Of a DNA stretch of 54,279 nt, positions 47,537 through 53,914 are shown one piece after another. The translations under genes and the position numbers were made by a program. Every line of letters starts with the position of its first letter. Position 1 is the stretch's first letter. The DNA comes from a virus (taxonomy: Duplodnaviria; Caudoviricetes). The DNA lies in the IMG/VR virus record IMGVR_UViG_3300049892_000052, positions 1 to 54,279 of that record. One strand, written 5' to 3'. The notes under the pieces are model-generated. The model ran no database searches, had not been told where the DNA came from, and saw only the letters and a program-made list of their open reading frames with translations.

Positions 47537-47610
47537 TGGTAGAGGCGGATGGAATCGAACCATCACCCTCGGGTTCAAAGCCCGGTGCGCTACCACTACG
47601 CCACGCCCCA
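47537..47610 (-). tRNA. tRNA-Gln(TTG), atypical acceptor stem
   Basis: Loop CT TTG AA; U1:U72, G3:U70, A73. Confidence 0.85.
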
Positions 47611-47783
47611 TCAATGAAAGTGCATGTTTCGCGCATCGTCGCTTGTCAGTCGTTGCAGTATCTCACGTTCCTCTGCGGACAAGCGTTCCACGAGCCATCC
47701 GGGCTTGTGTTTGTTTCGGTCCATCACGATCACCCAAAACATCAACTTCTCTAGAATGTCTATCGGACGGAGATACGACGTTT

Positions 47784-47858
47784 TGGCAGGGGATGAAGGG
47801 TTCGAACCCTCTCCTTCGGTTTTGGAGACCAACGTGCTGCCCATAACACCTATCCCCT
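47784..47858 (-). tRNA. tRNA-Trp(CCA)
   Basis: Loop CT CCA AA, G73, CCA. Confidence 0.9.
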
Positions 47859-47865
47859 ACATCGA

Positions 47866-47982
47866 CTAATTCACGAACGGGAGTACGGCGGCTGCGAGAG
47901 GATGCACAATCAACTCGTAGATCGCAACGCCAACAGTTATCGAGAGCACCTCAAACCAAAACTTCTTCCCATGATTACTCAT
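47866..47982 (-). CDS. 38-aa hydrophobic peptide
   Basis: MSNHGKKFWFEVLSITVGVAIYELIVHPLAAAVLPFVN fills the gap between two tRNAs. Confidence 0.45.
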   Translation of the reverse strand: MSNHGKKFWFEVLSITVGVAIYELIVHPLAAAVLPFVN

Positions 47983-47993
47983 ATACCCCACTT

Positions 47994-48067
47994 TGGAGGT
48001 TCCGGCAGGAATCGAACCCGCAATGCAGCCGTACAAAGGGTGCAGTATACCGTTTACTTACGGAACC
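47994..48067 (-). tRNA. tRNA-Thr(TGT)
   Basis: Loop TT TGT AC; 29:41 mismatch. Confidence 0.85.
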
Positions 48068-48074
48068 GAAAACT

Positions 48075-48151
48075 TGGAGCGGCCAGAGGGAGTCGAACCC
48101 TCACCTTACGGTTTGGAAGACCGACGTGCTGCCATTGAACACTACGGCCGC
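48075..48151 (-). tRNA. tRNA-Gly(TCC)
   Basis: Loop CT TCC AA, U73. Confidence 0.9.
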
Positions 48152-48156
48152 AAAAA

Positions 48157-48241
48157 TGTGTGGGCTGGGGACTTGCACCCCTCTGAGGACGCCCACTGTG
48201 GCCTCTCTCACCGTTCTTGTCCAGACAAAGGCTATCAGCCC
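48157..48241 (-). ncRNA. tRNA-like element of unknown type
   Basis: GGGCT/AGCCC closing stem next to a T-arm-like GGGG-TGCAAGT-CCCC; no normal anticodon arm. Confidence 0.35.
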
Positions 48242-48267
48242 TCTCCAAACTTGACTAGTGAATCTTG

Positions 48268-48399
48268 TTACCGAACGCGACCGTGATAGCACTTGCCGCG
48301 GGACGTGCAAGCCCCGGTGCGAGTGTGACCGACCTTTCCGCGAATCCGCTTCTTGTCGACCCGGTCGAACTTCTGAGCGAGAATCTTGCGCTTTGCCAT
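48268..48399 (-). CDS. 43-aa highly basic peptide
   Basis: MAKRKILAQKFDRVDKKRIRGKVGHTRTGACTSRGKCYHGRVR, with a TAAGGAGG SD. Confidence 0.6.
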   Translation of the reverse strand: MAKRKILAQKFDRVDKKRIRGKVGHTRTGACTSRGKCYHGRVR

Positions 48400-48550
48400 G
48401 TGCGATGACCCTCCTTAGGTCATATACTACACATGGTCGTTCTCCTTTTTCATATCGCTCTCCTATTGAAACGCCCGAAGGATGGCTGAGACACATCAAC
48501 AGCCTTAGCGTGTGTTCGCATATTTACCGGGCGCATTTTGCGAACATCCT
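48396..48550 (-). promoter_or_regulatory. Structured RNA leader (multi-stem junction, possible pseudoknot, SD-containing hairpin)
   Basis: Pairings AGGATG/CATCCT, TTCGCA/TGCGAA, GGCTG/CAGCC, CGCCCG/CGGGCG, CCATGTG/CACATGG, ATGACC/GGTCAT. Confidence 0.5.
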
Positions 48551-48812
48551 ATTCGTACAATTCAGGGTACGCCGTTGGGCATTCCCCATCGTGCGTTCGT
48601 CCCGACCGCGAACAGCCGGGGCATTGCTCCGGGTACTTCACCAAGTCATAGTAACGGTCATGCACGTTGAACACGATCAGATCGATCAGCGCGTCAAACT
48701 GGTACGGGTCGCCGTGCAAATGGCGCTCCTTGTAGGTCTGCGCGTTGTGACGTATCCACGCTTCGGCTTCCCGCGTGAACTCGTCTTCTTCTTGTTCGGG
48801 CACGTTACTCAT
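48549..48812 (-). CDS. Hypothetical protein
   Basis: About 87 aa, CPGC...H..C motif. Confidence 0.55.
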   Translation of the reverse strand: MSNVPEQEEDEFTREAEAWIRHNAQTYKERHLHGDPYQFDALIDLIVFNVHDRYYDLVKYPEQCPGCSRSGRTHDGECPTAYPELYE

Positions 48813-48820
48813 AATCAACT

Positions 48821-48894
48821 TGGAGGTCCCGGTTGGAATCGAACCAACAATGCGACCTTACGAGGGGCGCAGTATACCGTTTACTTACAGAACC
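48821..48894 (-). tRNA. tRNA-Thr(CGT)
   Basis: Loop CT CGT AA; 29:41 mismatch. Confidence 0.85.
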
Positions 48895-48898
48895 AAAC

Positions 48899-48972
48899 TG
48901 GAGCTACCGGGTGGAATCGGACCACCGATGCGTCCGTACCAGGGGCGCAGTATTCCATTTACTTACGGTAGC
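48899..48972 (-). tRNA. tRNA-Thr(GGT)
   Basis: Loop CT GGT AC; 29:41 mismatch; T-loop TCCGATT. Confidence 0.85.
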
Positions 48973-49019
48973 AAATCGATATTCACAGAATCCCCGTTCT
49001 TCACGGCGACTGTGAATAA

Positions 49020-49094
49020 TGGAGCACCGTGTGGGAATCGGACCCACCTAACTGGTTTTGCAGACCAGCGCATGTGCCACTCTGCTACCGGTGC
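49020..49094 (-). tRNA. tRNA-Cys(GCA)
   Basis: Loop CT GCA AA, U73. Confidence 0.85.
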
Positions 49095-49276
49095 GTATCT
49101 CTATCTCGCTCGACCAAATCACGAACCTGCTCGGGAGTTTCCGCGACATACAGCGTCGTCGTTCCCACCCGGACCAACGTCACCAGCGACGTGGGGTCGG
49201 TCCACACGGCAGCGACTTGGTTCGGATCGACATAGAACTTGAAATTCTTGTCGTTCCGGTTCGTCAAGTGGATCAT
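49085..49276 (-). CDS. FlbD-like small protein
   Basis: MIHLT...FYVDPNQV...LYVAETPEQVRDLV. Confidence 0.6.
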   Translation of the reverse strand: MIHLTNRNDKNFKFYVDPNQVAAVWTDPTSLVTLVRVGTTTLYVAETPEQVRDLVERDRDTHR

Positions 49277-49560
49277 TAGTTCGCCGCCTGCGCCTGCTTC
49301 TTCAACCGGCGCTGCTTCCGCGAAATGCCGCGGTCATGGCGATCCTGGCAGATGGCGGCCCAGCCGCGCTTCTTGCCGTAGTTGGGGCTGCTGAAGTCGT
49401 GCATCCCGCACTCCCCAAGCGTCAACTGCCCTTTCTTGCCGGTCGCAGCAACGACTTCGCCGACTGCCGCGTTGACTTTGGCATCACGGGCCGCGTCTTT
49501 CGCGGTCTGCGCGTCCACTTCGTTTTCGTCCAGCGGAATTGTCACTACACTCTGCGTCAT
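49276..49560 (-). CDS. Hypothetical protein
   Basis: 94 aa, GAGGA SD, promoter upstream. Confidence 0.65.
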   Translation of the reverse strand: MTQSVVTIPLDENEVDAQTAKDAARDAKVNAAVGEVVAATGKKGQLTLGECGMHDFSSPNYGKKRGWAAICQDRHDRGISRKQRRLKKQAQAAN

Positions 49561-49601
49561 GTTCAGGTTTCCTCAGTGTTCATTATTAATGAACAGCATC
49601 C

Positions 49602-49630
49602 ATTCTACGCTAGTCGCTCCCGAATGTCAA
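49602..49630 (-). promoter_or_regulatory. Sigma70 promoter
   Basis: TTGACA-17 nt-TAGAAT. Confidence 0.8.
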
Positions 49631-49640
49631 GGAGTATTTA

Positions 49641-49717
49641 TGGGGCTCCCGGCAGGAATCGAACCTGCGACCCTCTGGTTCGTAGCCAGATGCTCTATTC
49701 CCCTGAGCTACGGGAGC
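49641..49717 (-). tRNA. tRNA-Arg(ACG)
   Basis: Loop CT ACG AA. Confidence 0.9.
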
Positions 49718-49720
49718 GTA

Positions 49721-49796
49721 TGGTGCTCGCGGTAGGAGTCGAACCCACCTTCAGCACGGTAGAAACGTGCGGCACTTTCCGATATACCACGCGAGC
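49721..49796 (-). tRNA. tRNA-Arg(TCT)
   Basis: Loop TT TCT AC. Confidence 0.88.
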
Positions 49797-49798
49797 GT

Positions 49799-49875
49799 TG
49801 GTGGACCCGGGAGGAATCGAACCTCCAACCTTCTCCTTAAAAGGGAGTAGCTCTGCCGGGTTGAGCTACGAGTCC
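49799..49875 (-). tRNA. tRNA-Lys(TTT)
   Basis: Loop CT TTT AA. Confidence 0.9.
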
Positions 49876-49879
49876 GAAA

Positions 49880-49954
49880 TGGCTGTGAGAGTAGGATTCG
49901 AACCTACATCTTCCTGTTTAACAGACAGGCGCACGACCGTTGTGCTATCTCACA
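49880..49954 (-). tRNA. tRNA-Asn(GTT)
   Basis: Loop CT GTT AA, U1-A72, G73. Confidence 0.9.
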
Positions 49955-49960
49955 TCGAAA

Positions 49961-50039
49961 TGGTGGATCATGCAGGAGTTGAACCTGCCCCTGTACAGTT
50001 TCTAAGACTGTTGCCTCTGCCAGCGTGGGCTAATGATCC
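49961..50039 (-). tRNA. tRNA-Leu(TAG), short variable arm
   Basis: Loop CT TAG AA, A73. Confidence 0.85.
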
Positions 50040-50044
50040 GAAAA

Positions 50045-50118
50045 TGGTGGACACGGCGAGGGTCGAACTCGCGCAATCAGTGTGCAGGACTGATATGCTG
50101 CCATTACATCACGCGCCC
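50045..50118 (-). tRNA. tRNA-Ala(TGC)
   Basis: G3:U70, loop CC TGC AC (C33). Confidence 0.85.
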
Positions 50119-50657
50119 GTAATACTTGCTGTCGAATAGAACGTTGTTCCGTCTGCACGTTGCTTCTGATGACGGAGCGCGTGGCAGTTATGACACACGA
50201 CTTCCAAATTCTCCAGACCGTTATTGGTTCGGTCACCATCTACGTGGTGCACTAGCAGCACACGCTTGTCCGTGATCCCGCACCCGCAGCGTTCAATCGG
50301 TATTAAGTTTCTGTACGGGGCCACTTTCGCCGTTCCGTAATGACTGGGTTGTATTTCCTTGCAGCCACCACGCAAGCTCTGTGCATAGTCCTTGCACGTC
50401 CGCGAACAGAAAAACGCCCCACTCTTACTTCTTTGAATTTGCCGCGGAGACTTCCACAGCGTCGTTGAACAAACACGACACGCGATAGCCACACGTTGTC
50501 CCCGCCGTGCAACACCTCGACACGCAACCGAACAATACTTTCGGGGAGCGTGAGCAGGAGCCCAAACTGGACCACCACACACTTCGCAGTCCGACCGGTA
50601 GAGTTTCCGTGGTTTGCCATCGTACTTAGTGGAAACGATATAGTTTGCATTTGTCAT
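50109..50657 (-). CDS. HNH endonuclease with zinc-finger repeats
   Basis: CEVCG, YCSVAC, FCSRTC, VHHVDGDRTNN..NLEVVCHNCH. Late box at 50666-50672. Confidence 0.85.
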   Translation of the reverse strand: MTNANYIVSTKYDGKPRKLYRSDCEVCGGPVWAPAHAPRKYCSVACRGVARRGQRVAIACRVCSTTLWKSPRQIQRSKSGAFFCSRTCKDYAQSLRGGCKEIQPSHYGTAKVAPYRNLIPIERCGCGITDKRVLLVHHVDGDRTNNGLENLEVVCHNCHALRHQKQRADGTTFYSTASITGA

Positions 50658-50678
50658 ATGCAACCTATTTAGCATCCA

Positions 50679-51209
50679 CTAGAACTTCACTTGTCCTTGT
50701 CGAAACAAGGGTTCGCGCCACTCAACGTCGGCGCGATACCCCACGGGACGATTCAGAATCTCGATGGCTCGGTCCACATGCTCGTCCTGCAAGCCGTGAG
50801 GCCACGTCGTCTGCACGAAATGCCCGTCGATGTCCGCGTCATGCGAATCGTCCAAAACAACGAACTGATGCGCGGGATTCCGGTCGAGCCAACGCCGAAT
50901 CTCGCGGGCTCGGAAGCCGTCCAGCGAATCTGGCGTCACGTCCAAGACGGTCCACGACCGCAAATCGTAACGGGCCGTCGGCGGGTCGGTCAGTCCAGCA
51001 TCCCGCAAAATCGTCCGCAGTTCGTCTAGGGTATGCCCGTGGCGCCACGAGGACGAGACCACAATGTACGCACCGGTGGCGTCGATAATGCGTTGCAATC
51101 GACGCACGGCTTCCGGGTCGAGCGTCCAGAGTCCGTTGACGACGCCGCCGTTCCGCGCCCATGTCTCGGAGTTTAGCACTCCATCGAAATCCAAAAAGAC
51201 AATCTTCAT
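50679..51209 (-). CDS. HAD-superfamily protein (Swiss-Army-knife RNA repair type)
   Basis: IVFLDFDGVLN, IVVSSSWR, REIRRWL, FVVLDD, GLQDEHV. Confidence 0.85.
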   Translation of the reverse strand: MKIVFLDFDGVLNSETWARNGGVVNGLWTLDPEAVRRLQRIIDATGAYIVVSSSWRHGHTLDELRTILRDAGLTDPPTARYDLRSWTVLDVTPDSLDGFRAREIRRWLDRNPAHQFVVLDDSHDADIDGHFVQTTWPHGLQDEHVDRAIEILNRPVGYRADVEWREPLFRQGQVKF

Positions 51210-51210
51210 A

Positions 51211-51558
51211 TTACGTTCGAACCCAGCGCCCTTCTTCGTTTTTGACTTCGACGAGAATGTTCGAATCGACCAGCGACTCGTCTACAAGTTGGTCTATCGT
51301 CTTTCCCGTCGCCAACTCGGCGGCCTTCAGCCGCACCCATGCCTGAAACTGCTTGCTCTCGGCCATGCGCGTGAACGCTGCCCGCTTGTTATGCAGTTGG
51401 TCGCGACTATCCCGCGCTTCCCCGACCGCACCAGACGCTTCGTGGACCACGCGAACGCCGCTCTCCACCTTGTTCTGATACTGCCCACCCTTTCCGCCGG
51501 CGCGGAACGTATCCACGCGGCAATCGTGGATGGACACACTAAACAGCTTCGTTTTCAT
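51211..51558 (-). CDS. GGQ peptide chain release factor-like protein (catalytic domain only)
   Basis: FRAGGKGGQYQNKVESGVRVVH...SRDQLHNKRAAF. The track's start lies inside a tRNA; real start is ATG 51558 or 51567. Confidence 0.88.
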   Translation of the reverse strand: MKTKLFSVSIHDCRVDTFRAGGKGGQYQNKVESGVRVVHEASGAVGEARDSRDQLHNKRAAFTRMAESKQFQAWVRLKAAELATGKTIDQLVDESLVDSNILVEVKNEEGRWVRT

Positions 51559-51565
51559 CTTAGAC

Positions 51566-51594
51566 ATGGTAGCATACTTCTTCCTGAATGTCAA
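51566..51594 (-). promoter_or_regulatory. Sigma70 promoter with leaderless geometry
   Basis: TTGACA-17 nt-TACCAT (extended TG)-7 nt-ATG. Confidence 0.7.
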
Positions 51595-51598
51595 GTGA

Positions 51599-51673
51599 TG
51601 GTTGGGACAGCAGGAATCGAACCTACGAAACCCTGCGCCCGAGGCAGGTGCCGTACCACTCGGCAATGTCCCA
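51599..51673 (-). tRNA. tRNA-Pro(CGG)
   Basis: Loop CT CGG GC; U1-A72 instead of C1-G72. Confidence 0.85.
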
Positions 51674-51680
51674 ACAGAAA

Positions 51681-51769
51681 TGGATCGTGTGCGGTACTGT
51701 CCTGTCCAAACAGTCTACCGTAGTGGGCAATACGTTTCGCCGGATAGTTGTCCGACTCCCGCACACACG
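51681..51769 (-). ncRNA. CCA-terminated structured RNA that is not a tRNA
   Basis: CGTGTG..CGG/CCGCACACG closing stem, internal hairpins, ends ATCCA. Confidence 0.4.
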
Positions 51770-51783
51770 CCCAACTTCACAAA

Positions 51784-51858
51784 TGGTCGGGGATGACGGG
51801 ATCGAACCGCCGACGCCTCGGTCCCAAACCGAGTGCCATACCGCTTGGCTAATCCCCG
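51784..51858 (-). tRNA. tRNA-Pro(TGG)
   Basis: Loop TT TGG GA, C1-G72. Confidence 0.9.
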
Positions 51859-51864
51859 ACTAAC

Positions 51865-51941
51865 TGGTGCCGTCAGCAGGAGTCGAACCTGCCCTGTCAT
51901 GCGCCTCGGGCATGTGCCTCTGCCAAATGGGCTATGACGGC
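51865..51941 (-). tRNA. tRNA-Leu(GAG), short variable arm
   Basis: Loop CC GAG GC (C33). Confidence 0.85.
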
Positions 51942-51946
51942 AAAAC

Positions 51947-52024
51947 TGGTGCCGCTGACAGGGGTCGAACCTGTCCTGACAGGGGTTTAAAGCCTGTGCC
52001 TCTGCCAACGTGGGCTACAGCGGC
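51947..52024 (-). tRNA. tRNA-Leu(TAA), short variable arm
   Basis: Loop TT TAA AC. Confidence 0.85.
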
Positions 52025-52029
52025 AAAAT

Positions 52030-52107
52030 TGGTGGATCATATAGGAGTCGAACCTATCCTGAACGGGTCTTGAATCCGTTGCCTCTGCCAGCGTGGGCTA
52101 ATGATCC
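52030..52107 (-). tRNA. tRNA-Leu(CAA), short variable arm
   Basis: Loop TT CAA GA; 5' half nearly identical to Leu(TAG). Confidence 0.85.
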
Positions 52108-52108
52108 G

Positions 52109-52537
52109 TTACTTCTTTTCGTGCAGGACGAGAATCGTGCCTACGTTGACGTCGTTGGCCGCGATGTAGTCTTCCGCTTGCCAGACCGTTCCGTCGCTGT
52201 CAAGAATGATGGGCCCTTGCATTAGCACGACCGCATGACTTTCCCCGTCCTCATTGAACGTCACACCCAAAATTCCGGTGTCCTCATGCAGGTCGACTTT
52301 CTTCTTCTCCGTCAGCTTGATGCCCAGCCGCTTAGCGGCTTTGATCACTTGGGGCCAAAACAAGCCTTCGTTCCCTTTGTGCTTGTCTTCCCGCTTCACC
52401 GCATCCAGCACGTCCGCATAGGCGCGCCCCGTCAGCGTCTTCAGCGACCAGATCGCACAATCATTCGATCTCACGCGGGGCGTAATGTGCATCATAACGT
52501 CAGGAATTGGTTGCGTCGGTTTCTTCGACATCAGCAC
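52109..52537 (-). CDS. Hypothetical protein, possible papain-fold (C39-like) peptidase
   Basis: NDCAIWSL...HAVVL...ILDS gives a Cys-His-Asp spacing. Confidence 0.5.
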   Translation of the reverse strand: MLMSKKPTQPIPDVMMHITPRVRSNDCAIWSLKTLTGRAYADVLDAVKREDKHKGNEGLFWPQVIKAAKRLGIKLTEKKKVDLHEDTGILGVTFNEDGESHAVVLMQGPIILDSDGTVWQAEDYIAANDVNVGTILVLHEKK

Positions 52538-52545
52538 TCCTTAGT

Positions 52546-52620
52546 TGGTAGCGGTACGGAGAATCGAACTCCGATTATCGGGTTGAAAGCCCGCTCTCCT
52601 AGCCGTTAGAGGATACCGCC
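52546..52620 (-). tRNA. tRNA-Glu(TTC)
   Basis: Loop CT TTC AA. Confidence 0.88.
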
Positions 52621-52623
52621 ACA

Positions 52624-53043
52624 TTATCGCGTCCACACTTCACCATCCGGCGTGACAACGAACACCAGACGATCCTGCTTCTGAGCATATCGGACCGTCG
52701 CCCATGTCCCGCTTCGCAACGTTTCCCCTTGCGTTTTGGGAGTCGCAAACACGACCGTCGCCGCGTCCACGATATCGTGGTTCCGTTCCAGATAATCCTT
52801 CGGCGGCAACTTATGCCCGTCCGCCGAAAACGCCCGCTTCTTCTCGTTCAGCGGGGGATGAACCCAGATTTTTTCGGGGCCCAAAATGAACGACGCAATC
52901 CTGTGCGCTTCCGCATCAGCACCCACACAGTCCCCATGATGAAACTCAGTGATCCGTGGAGCAAACTCTGAGAGAAACAAGGACAGCCGGCCCACTTGCG
53001 CGTCCGTCATCCCCTGCTGCGTTCCCGTAAACCCAATCTTCAC
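52624..53043 (-). CDS. SLOG/DprA-like Rossmann-fold protein
   Basis: KIGFTGTQQGMT, HHGDCVGAD, ERNHDIVD, SGTWATVRYA. GTG start after GAGGA. Confidence 0.75.
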   Translation of the reverse strand: MKIGFTGTQQGMTDAQVGRLSLFLSEFAPRITEFHHGDCVGADAEAHRIASFILGPEKIWVHPPLNEKKRAFSADGHKLPPKDYLERNHDIVDAATVVFATPKTQGETLRSGTWATVRYAQKQDRLVFVVTPDGEVWTR

Positions 53044-53050
53044 GTCGTCC

Positions 53051-53497
53051 TCATACTTTCGCGTAGGCGTAGTAATGTTCTTTCCAACGGTCGCCCACAA
53101 CAGTTTCTATCGTGGGGACGTCCACCAATTTCTTATCGTGCGCCAAGCGATGACAATTGGGGCATAACACCGTGAGGTTGCTATGGTCGTGCGTTCCCCC
53201 TTTAGTCTTTGGCACAATATGGTGCACGTCGCAAACTGCTTTGTCCCACCCACACACAAAACACGACAATTGCATACGGCGAAGAATCTTCAAACGTGTC
53301 CGGCTGCTCACCTCATAGATAGACGTCGGCGCTTTCGTACCCGACGACGACTTCTGCCCAATTGCCTTACGAGTGCCGATAGACACGGGATGCCCCGGCA
53401 CACCGGTAAGCGCCCGGCTAATAGCTTTTCCCATCGCTTTCACTCGTTCGTCGGTCTCCGTCGTCTTTCCCTTATTCCAACCACCGCGGGGCATCAT
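53051..53497 (-). CDS. HNH endonuclease
   Basis: WNKGKT, CFVCG, VHHIVP..GG...NLTVLCPNCH. Late box at 53512-53518. Confidence 0.85.
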   Translation of the reverse strand: MMPRGGWNKGKTTETDERVKAMGKAISRALTGVPGHPVSIGTRKAIGQKSSSGTKAPTSIYEVSSRTRLKILRRMQLSCFVCGWDKAVCDVHHIVPKTKGGTHDHSNLTVLCPNCHRLAHDKKLVDVPTIETVVGDRWKEHYYAYAKV

Positions 53498-53537
53498 GTC
53501 ACCTCACAGTGTATTTAGTATTTACAGTCGCTTACAT

Positions 53538-53627
53538 TGGTGGCGAGGGCTCGATTCGAACGAGCAACGTTTACCACTTGGGTGGATGCTCTACAGGCAT
53601 CTGGAATCGCCGTTATCCTACCTCGCC
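53538..53627 (-). tRNA. tRNA-Tyr(GTA)
   Basis: Loop CT GTA GA, long variable arm. Confidence 0.88.
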
Positions 53628-53633
53628 GTAAAT

Positions 53634-53708
53634 TGGTGGGCCTAGAAGGACTTGAACCTTCAACCGTGACCTTAAGAGGGTCCTGCTCTACATTGGAGCT
53701 ATAAGCCC
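53634..53708 (-). tRNA. tRNA-Lys(CTT)
   Basis: Loop CT CTT AA. Confidence 0.88.
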
Positions 53709-53739
53709 GAATCGTACAGACACAAATTCTCACCGACCC

Positions 53740-53768
53740 AGTATAACACAGAGTCGCGAGAGAGTCAA
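53740..53768 (-). promoter_or_regulatory. Sigma70 promoter at the head of the tRNA array
   Basis: TTGACT-17 nt-TATACT with extended TG. Confidence 0.85.
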
Positions 53769-53782
53769 GGCTCTGTGGTAAG

Positions 53783-53905
53783 TTACCGGTTGATGTAGGC
53801 GATCAGGGATTTCAGCCGCTTTTCAAGTTCGGCCACGCGACCCTTCAGCAACCGGAGTTCGCGCTGAACGAGGATTTGAGGATTGGGCTTCACGGATTTT
53901 GCCAT
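53783..53905 (-). CDS. 40-aa coiled-coil peptide
   Basis: MAKSVKPNPQILVQRELRLLKGRVAELEKRLKSLIAYINR with an AAGGAG SD. Confidence 0.6.
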   Translation of the reverse strand: MAKSVKPNPQILVQRELRLLKGRVAELEKRLKSLIAYINR

Positions 53906-53914
53906 AATCACTCC

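Noticed and set aside
51700-51760. Hammerhead ribozyme (stem followed by GAAAC)
   Set aside because: The CUGANGA core is missing.
47428-53733. ORFs overlapping tRNA genes (e.g. 47428-47754, 49336-50139, 51715-52008)
   Set aside because: They are translations of tRNA sequence.
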